Assembly: GCA_035569395.1 (NCBI GenBank)
Contig: DATMNC010000063.1
Coordinates: 91,059-155,058, forward strand
Source of the DNA: Thermoanaerobaculia bacterium
Lineage (GTDB): Bacteria; Acidobacteriota; Thermoanaerobaculia; Gp7-AA8
Length of the DNA: 64,000 bases
Direction: 5' to 3'
Positions within the stretch are counted from its first letter, which is position 1. Each line of letters starts with the position of its first letter. Shown one piece after another: positions 27,693-37,000 of this stretch. Position numbers and translations under genes: made by a program. A model generated the notes under the pieces. That model did not search any database. It had not been told where the DNA came from and worked only from the letters and a program-made list of their open reading frames with translations.

Positions 27693-28877
27693 ATGACACT
27701 CCTTTCCACACTCTCGTCCGAGCTCGATCAGATGGCTGCCGCGGGCACGCTCAAGCGCGAGCTGCTGATGAAATCGCCGCAAGGGGCGGTGGTCGACGTC
27801 GAGGGATTCGGCGACATCATCATGCTGACCTCGAACAATTATCTCGGCCTGGCCGACCATCCAGCCATCACCGAGGCGGCGGCAAAAGGGGAGCGCGACT
27901 ACGGATACGGCCTGGCCTCCGTCCGCTTCATCTGCGGGACCCAAACGATCCATAGGAAGCTCGAAGAGCGGATCGCCCGCTTCTTCGGCACCGAGGACAC
28001 CATCCTCTACGGCTCCTGCTGGAATGCGAATGAAGGACTGTTTCAGACCATCGCCCAGGAGCAGGACGCCATCATCTCGGACGAGCTGAATCACGCCTCG
28101 ATCATCGACGGCGTCCGCCTGGCGAAGGCGAAGAAGGAGCGCTACAAGAACCGCGACATGGCCGACCTGCGGCGCGCGCTCGAAGCGACGCGCTCCTCGC
28201 GCAACAAGGTGATCGTCACCGACGGCGTCTTCTCGATGGAAGGCTCCCTGGCCCCGCTGCCGGAGATCGTCGACCTCGCCGCCGAGTACGAGGCCTTTCT
28301 CGTCGTCGACGATTCACACGCCACCGGAGTGCTCGGCAACACCGGCCGTGGCACCGGCGAGGAGCTTGGCGTCTTCGACAAAATCGACGCGCATACCTCG
28401 ACCCTCGGCAAGGCCCTGGGCGGATCGCATGGCGGCTTCACCACCGGCCCCAAAACGCTCATCGACTATCTCCGCCAGAGATCGCGCCCCTACCTCTTCT
28501 CGAACACGCTCCCCCCCGCCGTGGTCATGGGCTCGATCGCGGCCTTCGACCTCCTCGAAAACGATCCGAGCTTCCTCATCCGGCTGCGCGAGAACACCAC
28601 CTACTTCCGCCAGCAGCTCACAGCCAAAGGCGTGAGCGTACGCGAAGGGATCCACCCGATCGTCCCGATCATCATCGGCGACACCGCCAAAGCGATCGCC
28701 ATCTCCGCCGATCTGCTCACCCGCGGCGTCTACGTCTCCGGCTTCGGCTTCCCCGTCGTCCCCCAAGGCGCCGCCCGCCTCCGCTGCCAGATCAGCGCCG
28801 CCCATACCCGCGAACACCTAGATCGCGCCATCGAAGCGATCGTGGAGGTGGGAAGGAAGTTCGAAGTGGTCGGCTAG
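27693..28877 (+). CDS. kbl: glycine C-acetyltransferase (2-amino-3-ketobutyrate CoA ligase)
   Basis: NNYLGLADHP, VRFICGTQTIHRKLEERIARFFG, LNHASIIDG, TDGVFSMEG, STLGKALGG, FGFPVVPQGAARLRCQISAAH. BioF is the closest alternative. Confidence 0.85.
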   Translation: MTLLSTLSSELDQMAAAGTLKRELLMKSPQGAVVDVEGFGDIIMLTSNNYLGLADHPAITEAAAKGERDYGYGLASVRFICGTQTIHRKLEERIARFFGTEDTILYGSCWNANEGLFQTIAQEQDAIISDELNHASIIDGVRLAKAKKERYKNRDMADLRRALEATRSSRNKVIVTDGVFSMEGSLAPLPEIVDLAAEYEAFLVVDDSHATGVLGNTGRGTGEELGVFDKIDAHTSTLGKALGGSHGGFTTGPKTLIDYLRQRSRPYLFSNTLPPAVVMGSIAAFDLLENDPSFLIRLRENTTYFRQQLTAKGVSVREGIHPIVPIIIGDTAKAIAISADLLTRGVYVSGFGFPVVPQGAARLRCQISAAHTREHLDRAIEAIVEVGRKFEVVG

Positions 28878-28884
28878 TTTCTCG

Positions 28885-28916
28885 CCCCCCTGGGACCGCG
28901 TGCGTCCCGCGCGCGC
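28885..28916. repeat. GC-rich 32-nt palindromic element, copy 2 (inverted)
   Basis: cccccctgggaccgcgtgcgtcccgcgcgcgc is the reverse complement of the copy at 17172..17203, with about 4 differences. Confidence 0.7.
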
Positions 28917-28953
28917 GTCCTCGCGCGATCGTGAGGTTTACTCTCAACCGATC

Positions 28954-29025
28954 ATCCGCAGATGTCGCAGATGTACGCAGATAAAACCGTTCCCCAATCT
29001 GCGTCTATCTGCGTCATCTGCGGAT
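28954..29025. repeat. inverted arrays of CGCAGAT units, period about 9 (element E8)
   Basis: atccgcagatg tcgcagatg tacgcagat, a 13-nt loop, then atctgcgtct atctgcgtc atctgcggat. Confidence 0.85.
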
Positions 29026-29077
29026 AAGGTCACGACACGTCTGGTTCGGCAATATCAAGTCATGCCCCCTCTGGCTC

Positions 29078-29776
29078 CTACTCTGGGTACTTCATTGCAG
29101 TAAGGATACGAATTATCTCGCTGGCGTTCAGTTCCCTACCGACTAGCGTCATTCGCATCGGCGCGAATACGGCCAACATGCGCTTGTAAGTTGCGATCGT
29201 TGGCATACGCGAGTTCAGATCACGCCCCTTGAACTCAGCGTATCTATTCATCTGCTCAACGAGAAATTGAGCGATGCTTCCAAGAGATGCCTCGTTGTTA
29301 CCGTCGAAGCCCCAAAAGCGAACGGACTTCCCAAAGGGATCCCCGTCTCTTTCAACCCGCTCGCGGTCCTTCTTGGTCAGCTTGGCGTAACCTCGCTCCA
29401 GGAAGCTCCACATCTCCAAAACGTCTCCGACGAAATCTACGTCTTCCGGGCTGTCTTCCTCATCATTGAAGATCCCAGGAAGCATCCACTTCGGGGCCCA
29501 GTAGTGCCCTTCATCGATTACCCCACAAATGAAATCAGGGATGTCGCCGTCTATTTCGAGAGCCTTATAGATATCCCGCATCATCGTCGCCAGAAGCTTC
29601 TCGCCGTCGCTAAACTTCACCGCGAAGCGAGTCGAGCGAGATAACCCAATCTCGACGAGTCTTCGCATCGCCTCCGCGCGCGACGGCAAATCATCCTGTT
29701 CTGCTCGCCATCTATCCACCCTGTTCAGGGTTTCTTCATCAACACGCATTTCGAATCTCTCCGTCTTTGCGACCAT
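29078..29776 (-). CDS. ribbon-helix-helix + YfbU-domain protein
   Basis: The N-terminus FEMRVDEETLNRVDRWRAEQDDLPSRAEAMRRLVEIGL is RHH-like. The remainder (KLLATMMRDIYKAL...EMWSFLERGYAKL...FWGFDGNNE...FLVEQMNRY) resembles YfbU/UPF0304. Local GC is lower. I prefer the start at MVAKTE. Confidence 0.65.
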   Translation of the reverse strand: MVAKTERFEMRVDEETLNRVDRWRAEQDDLPSRAEAMRRLVEIGLSRSTRFAVKFSDGEKLLATMMRDIYKALEIDGDIPDFICGVIDEGHYWAPKWMLPGIFNDEEDSPEDVDFVGDVLEMWSFLERGYAKLTKKDRERVERDGDPFGKSVRFWGFDGNNEASLGSIAQFLVEQMNRYAEFKGRDLNSRMPTIATYKRMLAVFAPMRMTLVGRELNASEIIRILTAMKYPE

Positions 29777-30037
29777 CGAAACCCCCGTGACTAGAATGTA
29801 CGTAGCTCTTCCGACGCTACCGTACAAACGTACGACATTTCACGGTTGCTTGTCAATGGTGAAGATTGGCGTCTGGGTTGTGAAGTGGGCGTCTCTCGAA
29901 ACCAAACCCAATCTGTCTAAGCGGAAGCCGTTTGGGCTAGGCCTTCGTTCTTTGGTGCGCGGATGCTCAAGAATGCGACCCGATTTTCGACCCCTACACA
30001 CAGCCGCGCTGGGCGCGAGCCGGGCGTCCACACTACG

Positions 30038-30262
30038 CTACTCCAGCGTCAAGCAAACGACATCCTCTCCGCTGGCAGTCGCAAGAGGGCGATCAAACGT
30101 GATGACCTGCCCGCGGTTCCGCCGCGCCACGCCGAGAAGGTAGCGGTCCGTCACGTGCTTCGCGCTCCCCGCGGACCGAACCTCCAAGGGCCCTAGAGGG
30201 CACAAGGGCCAGGCCTTCGTTTTTCGATTTTGCGACGTTCAAGTCCAGTAAGTGCATTGGTA
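30038..30262 (-). pseudogene. decayed PIN-domain (VapC-like) toxin remnant
   Basis: The minus strand reads MHLLDLNV... (PIN N-terminal motif). In another frame it reads ...SAKHVTDRYLLGVARRNRGQVITFDRPLATASGEDVVCLTLE*, a PIN C-terminal TDxYL...TFDR motif. The middle of the domain is missing and a frameshift is required. Confidence 0.45.
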
Positions 30263-30502
30263 AGAACGCATTACAAGCAATCACTTATAGCTGCGGCGCG
30301 TTCGCGCCGGAGCTTGCGAAGACCTTTAAATGGCGCGTTTTCAATCACTTGGTCTTCGATCATTCGCTGATGCTACATATGGGACGCCTCGCGTGAGTAG
30401 GCGCCTAAGTGTTTGAAGAGACGTCGGTTAAGCATGCCTTGGGCATCACCGAGGCTAAGCCCGAAGGGCTGACATTCGTCGGTCCCCGAGGTTCAACGTC
30501 CC

Positions 30503-30755
30503 ATTCGATGAGGTTGGCGAAGCATTCGATGAGGTTAACGACCTATTCGATGAGGTCATCGACCCATTCAATGAGGTCGTCGAAGCATTCGATGACCTCG
30601 CCGAAGCATTCGATGACGTCGTCGGACCTATTCGATGAGGTCGGCGAAGCATTCGATGAGGTTGACGAGGCATTCGATGAGGTCGACGAAGCATTCAATG
30701 AGGTTGGCGAAGTATTCGATGAGGTTGGGGACCTCATCGATGACGTCGGAAAAGC
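30503..30755. repeat. eleven tandem copies of a 21-bp unit ATTCGATGAGGTYGRCGAAGC, plus a partial inverted twelfth
   Basis: Units start at 30503, 30524, 30545, 30566, 30587, 30608 (22 nt), 30630, 30651, 30672, 30693 and 30714. The last unit forms an 8-bp hairpin, gatgaggt-tgggg-acctcatc, with a partial inverted unit (30735-30755). Confidence 0.9.
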
Positions 30756-31011
30756 CGGCAATCTCACCAATAATGGTGAGCATCTTTACGGAAGGGGAGC
30801 TTGTAGCATGGGGTGTGAGTGTGGTACCATAACACTAGGTTGACACACGGTTATGGCAGATTTGCACGAAGCCGCCCTGGGAAGAGACGCGAAAACATCG
30901 CGGCGGGGCGGGGTGTGTTCGCCCGGATCGCGCCTGAATGGGCGGGAATCGTGGCGTCGTCTGTTTCGGCGCGGCCGAAGAAACCTCCGTTCCGCCGAGG
31001 GTTTCCTTGGC

Positions 31012-31533
31012 ATGGCGCGCCAGATCATTGAGCGCTGCGAGACGATTGCAATGGAACACCCGATCAAGGCGGTCCATGACATGTATCGCGTGACGGGACT
31101 GCTTGTCGACGCGGCAGGCCGGCTCGACCGTTTAGGCGAGTGTATTCGCGAGACGTACGACCGCATCGCCGAGGCACCGGCATACGCCGGCGAAGCTCCC
31201 GCGCGGATGATCGCCGACATGCAGAGCTGGATTGAGGCCGGCACGAAGTTGGCCCTGCTCGGAAACCGATTCGACAAGGCATTCGCCGAGCTGATCGAAT
31301 ATGCCCAGAGTGGTAACGCCCCGCTCGATATGTCCGAGCTGCTCAGGAGACGGACGCATCCGGTTCCTGTCCTGGCCCGGCATCCGTCGCCGCGGGTCCT
31401 ATTGATCGAGAACGATCGCATTTTCTGCATTCATGTCCGGCGTCAACGGCCGGTTCGTCTGGCCGTCGCCGAAGCTCCAACACGGGTCTCCCGAGGCCGC
31501 GCTCCTCCGCCTGTCTCAATCTGCTCGCTCTGA
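31012..31533 (+). CDS. hypothetical protein
   Basis: An ORF with no recognisable domain. I prefer the ATG at 31012 (MARQIIERCE...). Its coding status rests only on length and codon bias. Confidence 0.4.
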   Translation: MARQIIERCETIAMEHPIKAVHDMYRVTGLLVDAAGRLDRLGECIRETYDRIAEAPAYAGEAPARMIADMQSWIEAGTKLALLGNRFDKAFAELIEYAQSGNAPLDMSELLRRRTHPVPVLARHPSPRVLLIENDRIFCIHVRRQRPVRLAVAEAPTRVSRGRAPPPVSICSL

Positions 31534-31569
31534 TCACAGCAGCTTTGAGAAAGGAAAAAAGGAGGACTT

Positions 31570-32160
31570 GTGTCCAACAACACTGAAGTACCCGTTACAA
31601 CCACCCCACAGCCGTCCTACCGGGATGATGCGGTAGCGCTCATCGACGACATTCGCGCCATGAAGCAGCGAGTGCCGAATTTCGTGGTCCCGGAGACCAA
31701 AAACGCCGGCCGGCAACTGGCGGCAGCCGCCTCGGTACCTCCGCCGTTCGTCGACCTGGCGGCGTTGGCGATCCGGAACAACGAGGAGCTGACCCGCGGA
31801 GGAAACTCGGGTTCCGTGCAGATGCGGGACAAGATGGACTTCGCGGACGCCTACGATCCGGTGGCGGATGAGCTGGAGGCTTTGGCTCACTTCGTCCGCC
31901 ACAGCGTACGCGTGGCGAGAAACAGCGCCGGGAGCAACGCCCTGATGACCTACTCCATGGCGCAGCGTCTGGCCAAACGGCCCGAGACCGCCAGTCTCGC
32001 TCCGCATGTCGCTGACATGAAGAGCGCCCTCGGCCCTCGGGGGCGCAAGACCAAAGCCAAGCCGGCGCCGAAGCCGGCAACCCCGGTTCCGTCCACTCCG
32101 ACGGAGCCCTCGCCGGTGACGCCATCGTCACCGACGACCGCTCCGAAGACGACGACGTAA
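31570..32160 (+). CDS. hypothetical protein with Pro/Thr-rich C-terminal tail
   Basis: GTG start preceded by AAGGAGG. 196 aa. No recognisable domain. Confidence 0.5.
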   Translation: MSNNTEVPVTTTPQPSYRDDAVALIDDIRAMKQRVPNFVVPETKNAGRQLAAAASVPPPFVDLAALAIRNNEELTRGGNSGSVQMRDKMDFADAYDPVADELEALAHFVRHSVRVARNSAGSNALMTYSMAQRLAKRPETASLAPHVADMKSALGPRGRKTKAKPAPKPATPVPSTPTEPSPVTPSSPTTAPKTTT

Positions 32161-32179
32161 TCGGTCTCGTGCAGTAAGC

Positions 32180-32212
32180 CCGCGCGGGCGCGTCCGAAGG
32201 CGCGCCCGCGCA
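32180..32212. terminator. GC-rich hairpin between convergent genes (possible bidirectional terminator)
   Basis: gcgcgggcgcg-tccgaag-(g)cgcgcccgcgc gives an 11-bp stem. The U-tract is weak. Confidence 0.4.
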
Positions 32213-32224
32213 TTTGTCTCCTGG

Positions 32225-33145
32225 TCAGGTGCTTATTCGGGCGCGTAACCGCCGGACAATGCGACGGTAACGAGCGAGATGTTCCGGCGACGGAGCAGCC
32301 AGAGGGTCGTCCAAGTCCCACCCGACCTCTTCGGCATGATCGACTTTCCAGACTTCCCACGGAGTCTTGTTCCGCCTAGCGGAATCGAATGAAACCATTC
32401 CGTCGCTCACGAGACGCCTCGCGGCCATGAGGGCGAAGGTTCCCGAGAACGCGGCGCATGTATGAAACAGAGGCAACGCCGGCGGGGTTCCCTGGCGGCC
32501 CGTTCCAACGATGTTGCGATAGAGAACGTCGTTACGATCAGGGTTCGCCGCGGCAAATTTTTTCGCCGCGTCTGTCGTAAGGTCACCCAGAGCGCCACTC
32601 GATTCGACTTCACGCAAAATGACCGGATCGATGCCGAAAAGGGAATGTAGCGCTTTCGCTGACGAGTGCAAGTCCGCGATCGGTGAGCCGAGGTGCGGCG
32701 TGCCGATCGTGACCAACGACTTCACGCGTGCCGCGACGCCCGCAATTTGCGCGAGCGCAAACCGTGCGTCGAGGCCTCCCAAGCCGTGGGCAATCACGTA
32801 TCCGCGCTCCGTCGGAGAAAAGAAATCCCTGATTGCTGTTGCGAGTGCGTTCGCTCTCTCGCTTACGGGTCCGTAGGGATTGATAAAAGGCGTCCGTACT
32901 TTGATACCAAGTCTCGTTAAGTCCTCGGCGACGCCTTTGAAATACGTAACATGTTGATTGAGAATATCAATCGCTCCGAAGCCCAATGGGCCATGCGCAA
33001 GAATGACCTTCACGGAGGTTAGAGGGGACGCCGACCCGATACTTCCGGCGGCATCCAGCAACCGATGATACCTGAACTCACGCGGAGGCGGAGACGCGGA
33101 GGAGATGACCAGTCTCCGCGTGAGTCCTTCAGGCCAGAAGGACAA
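32225..33145 (-). CDS. alpha/beta-hydrolase, lipase-like, nucleophile Ser replaced by Gly
   Basis: VILAHGPLGFG... and YVIAHGLGGLDARFAL align by eye to the bacterial family I lipase blocks (LVHG..., GHSQGG). The GxSxG position reads H-G-L-G-G. TTG start. Confidence 0.6.
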   Translation of the reverse strand: MSFWPEGLTRRLVISSASPPPREFRYHRLLDAAGSIGSASPLTSVKVILAHGPLGFGAIDILNQHVTYFKGVAEDLTRLGIKVRTPFINPYGPVSERANALATAIRDFFSPTERGYVIAHGLGGLDARFALAQIAGVAARVKSLVTIGTPHLGSPIADLHSSAKALHSLFGIDPVILREVESSGALGDLTTDAAKKFAAANPDRNDVLYRNIVGTGRQGTPPALPLFHTCAAFSGTFALMAARRLVSDGMVSFDSARRNKTPWEVWKVDHAEEVGWDLDDPLAAPSPEHLARYRRIVRRLRARIST

Positions 33146-34027
33146 CTATGTAACCGGAAACCGGCACACATCCCTCAGCAGACACACATCGCAGTTCTCC
33201 TTCCTTCTCCTCCTGCTGCACAGATCGAGGATCCCCAGGCGGCAGATGGCGAAGTCGTAGCGGACCGGGTCGGCGGGGTCAAACTTCGCGAGTCGGTTGG
33301 TCAGGGCGCGAGCGGCTTTCCAGTCGGCGGATTTGCGGTCGTTCAGGCCGAGGAAGGTGGCGATGCGGTGGACGTGGGTGTCGACCGGCATCACGAGCTT
33401 TGACGGGTCGACGAAAGGCCAGATGCCGAGGTCGGGGGGGGTGGTGCGGACCATCCAGCGGAGGAAGAGATTCATCCGTTTGCAGGCGGAGCCGTTGGCG
33501 GGAGAGGTAAGGAGATAATCGAGCGCCTTCGTGCGGCGCTTGCCGATCAAGGCGGCGACGAAGCGGGTCAGGGAGGGGCCGATGTCCTTGTCGGCGTCGT
33601 CGTAGCAGAGGCGGAAAAGGTCGCCGAGCGTGCCGTGCGTGCGGATGGCGGCGGCGAGGCAGGTCAGCAGCGCCACCAGTTCCGGGGTCTTGTGGAAGCG
33701 GTGGGAGAAGCCGGCGAATCTCCGTCTGCCTTCCGCGGGAACGAACGTCGTCAGATAGAGGTAGGGCGAGGGAGCCATACGGTCGAGCACCCGGCCAACG
33801 TTGGCAACGACGATGTCGGCACGGCCGTAGGCGAAGGCGGCGGCGAGGATGCCGGCCACCTCCTGGTCGCGCGGATCGTCGTAGCGGAGGACGAGCTGGA
33901 GCGGATCGGGCTCGATGGTCGAGACGTCGAACGTGGCCACGAGGGCGTCCAAGCGCTGCCGGAGCAGCTCCCCTCGCACCGGCATTCTCGGCATGTCCAA
34001 GCCAAACGTCGAAACCCGCTTCAGCAT
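33146..34027 (-). CDS. TIGR02757 / DUF2400 family protein
   Basis: DPLQLVLRYDDPRDQEVAGILAAAFAYGRADIV...FSHRFHK...FLRWMVR...VDTHVHRIA...DFAICRLG. The start is uncertain (34027, 33994 or 33985). The track N-terminus to 34324 is spurious. Confidence 0.8.
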   Translation of the reverse strand: MLKRVSTFGLDMPRMPVRGELLRQRLDALVATFDVSTIEPDPLQLVLRYDDPRDQEVAGILAAAFAYGRADIVVANVGRVLDRMAPSPYLYLTTFVPAEGRRRFAGFSHRFHKTPELVALLTCLAAAIRTHGTLGDLFRLCYDDADKDIGPSLTRFVAALIGKRRTKALDYLLTSPANGSACKRMNLFLRWMVRTTPPDLGIWPFVDPSKLVMPVDTHVHRIATFLGLNDRKSADWKAARALTNRLAKFDPADPVRYDFAICRLGILDLCSRRRRKENCDVCLLRDVCRFPVT

Positions 34028-34073
34028 TCTTCGTCTAAAGGTCGTACATTCGTACGTCACCGGGAGGATCCCC

Positions 34074-37000
34074 ATGCGCGCATTCCGCCGCCTGCTCTGC
34101 GTCTCGTTCGTGCTGTCGTCGTTCGTAGCGCCGCTGCGCGCGGCCGTCATCGGAACCGTCATCAACATCGACGGAAAGCCGCTCACCGGTGCCAAGGTGT
34201 CGCTCTTCGCGCCGGAGCTGATCACGGCACAGGGGCCGCGCCTCCTCTCGGACGAGCCGCAGCGGAAGCCGCTGGCGACGATGGCTACCGACTCCGGCGG
34301 CAAGTTCTCCTTCGACGTCCCCAAGGATCAGACGGTCGTCGACGTGCGCGTCGATGCCGCGGGGTACGCTCCCTCCGGCATCCGCCTCAACGCCGCCGAT
34401 GACGACGCCGGGGCGATGATGCTGGCACAGGCTCCATCCGTTCGGGGAACGATCACAGCAAACGGGAAGCCGGTCGCGAACGCCACCGTGATCATTCTCG
34501 GCGGCGCGGAGTACACGACGAAGACCGACGCCGACGGCCACTACAGCGCCCCCGATCCCTCGAAATGGGCCTTTCGCATCATCGTTCTTCATCCCGACTT
34601 CGCCATGGTCGAAGAGCTGCTCGGTCCCGCCGGGACAAAGAAGGGATCCGACTTCTCGATGACCGCCGGTGTGGCCATCAAGGGCCGCGTCGTCGCGGAA
34701 GACGGCCAGACGCCGGTTGCTGAGGCTCAGCTTTTTCTCGACGGCTGGCCGTCCGGCAAATCTGCTGCCGATGGAACCTTCACCATCGCCCACGCCCCCA
34801 AAGACTGGGAGACCGTCGTGGCACGCAAAGACACCCGTGTGGCGCAGCGCGCACGGACGGCGGCCGTGGCCATGCTGAAGCTGGGCAAGAGCGCGACCGT
34901 CAGCGGCAACGTCCGCGACGTGAAGTCGCAACTGCCGGTGGCCGGTGCGCGCGTCTCCCTCGGCCCCACCGGACGCTTCGGCGCCCGCGACGCCTCGGTC
35001 GATGCGATCTCCGACGCCAAAGGAAACTTCATCATCACGGGAGTGGCCGCGGGCACGTACGAGATCCGGCCGACCCGGCCAGGCTACGAGATCAGCGGCA
35101 TGCAGGCGGTGCATCTGAAAGCGGCCGATGCCGCCCAGAAAACACTCTACGCGACGGCGCGCGGGCGCATCAGCGGGTCGGTGATCGACGAGGACAAGCG
35201 GCCGGTGGCGGCCGCGCATCTGACGACGCGTCGGGCCTCGCGCAACAACGACATGTTCGCCCTGATGGGGCGCGGGGGTGCCGGCAGCGATGGCTACAGC
35301 GCGCCCGACGGCCATTTCGTCCTTCGCAATGTGGAGATCGAGGCCGATCTGCAGGTCGATGCGGTGAAGCGCGGCTTTCCGGTGGCGAAGTCGCCTTCGC
35401 TCAAACTGGCCGCGGCCGAGCGGAAGACCGGCCTGACGATCACCATTCCGCGCGGCGTGGCCATTACGGGCAAGGTCACCGACAAGGACAAGAAGCCGCT
35501 ATCCGGCGTCGGCGTCGAGGCGATCGAGTCGTCCGCCGATGCGTCGGCCGGGATGCGCCGGATGGTCGTATCGAGCATGCAAGGCAACCGCAACGACGAG
35601 TTGGTCCGCACGGGCAGCGACGGCACGTTCCTGATCCGGGTCAAGGAAGGAACGTACGACCTGGCCTTCAAGCGCGAGGGTTACTCGGCGAAGTCGGTGC
35701 GCGGCACGAAAGTCGACGCGAATACGAAGCCGTTGGAGGTCATGCTCGCTCCCGGCGTCGAGATCAGCGGCCGCGTCACGCGCGGCGGAGCGGGCGTGGA
35801 GGGAGTGACCGTCCGCAGCATCTCGCAGGACGGCATGGCCTCGGCGGTTACGTCGAGCGACGGCTCGTTCACCATCACCGATCTTACCCCCGGGCAGATG
35901 ATGCTGAACGCCAGCAAACAGGATTCGTTCATCCAGGAGATGCGCTCGGTCACCGCTCCCGCGCGCGACGTTCTCATCGATCTCCCTCCCGGCGGCCGGA
36001 TCACCGGTCACGTGCTGGACAAGAGCTCGCACCAGCCGGTGACGTCGTTCCAGGCAGGCGTAACGACCTCCCGCGGCGGCGGGGGCATGGTGGTGATGAT
36101 GCCGCCGATGCAGAAGCAGTTCACGAGCGACGACGGCTCCTTCGTCCTGGAAGGCATCAAGCCGGGCACGACACAGGTCGTCGTGAACGCACCCGGCTAC
36201 ACCACGGCGCGCGTACCGAACATCGAGGTCGAGGACGGCAAGACGGCGCCGGACGTCGAGGTCGACGTCGAGAGCGGATCGAAGCTGACCGGCCACGTTA
36301 CCGATGCGAGCGGCACCCCGCTGGCGGGCGTGGCGGTGAGCAGCAATCCCATGGCCGGGGGCGGCGGGCGTGTGATGCGCTTCGACGCGACCGACAGCAG
36401 CGCCACGACCGACCCGAGCGGCGAGTACTCGTTCGATTCGCTCGAGGCCGGCGAGAAGACGTTCTCGTTCTCCAGGAGCGGGTACGTCGCCCAGCAGCAG
36501 ACGGTGACGATCACCGCCGGCAAAGACGCGCGTCTCGACGTGCAGCTTTCGAGCGGGATGCGGGCCGCCGGCTTCGTCGTCACCGACGGCGGCGCGCCGA
36601 TTCCGGATGCATCGGTGCGCGCGGTCTCCGCCGCCGAGATGGACGGCGGCCGCGATGCACGCACCGACGCCAACGGCGCCTTCGCCTTCGAAGGTCTCGC
36701 TCCCGGGCACTACACGTTCACGGCGGGGAAAACCGGTTTCGCGCCGGCTACTCTGCGCGACATCGACATCGCGACATCGGGACCGGTGCGCGTCATTCTG
36801 ACGGGCGGCGGCGTCATCACCGGCCACGTCAACGGCCTGACCGCGCCGGAGCTCGAGCAGGCCACGGTCTCCGCCACCGTCTCGGGAAGTGGCGGCGGGG
36901 GCGGGTTCGGGGGCGGCGGGGGCGGTGGCGCGGCCTCGGTTGCCGTCGATGCCGCCGGCAACTTCCGCATCGATGGGGCTCCCTCAGGCACGGTCCGCGT

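Noticed and set aside
27639-28094. N-terminal extension of the serine-hydrolase ORF
   Set aside because: It overlaps the divergent kbl gene, and a signal-peptide start lies at 27638.
30409-30843. Calling the 144-aa ORF over the 21-bp array a normal CDS
   Set aside because: The ORF changes repeat frame at a 1-nt insertion, and two forward frames are open throughout. Coding status cannot be decided from the sequence, so it is reported as a repeat and a finding instead.
33915-34073. Track start at 33915 for the giant repeat protein
   Set aside because: The upstream 53 codons overlap the divergent DUF2400 gene. The ATG at 34074 has a GGGAGGA site and begins a canonical signal peptide.
34035-36827. 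Minus-strand ORFs 34035..35315 and 35499..36827, opposite the giant repeat protein
   Set aside because: They are antisense shadows. The plus strand has an RBS, a signal peptide and periodic domain repeats.
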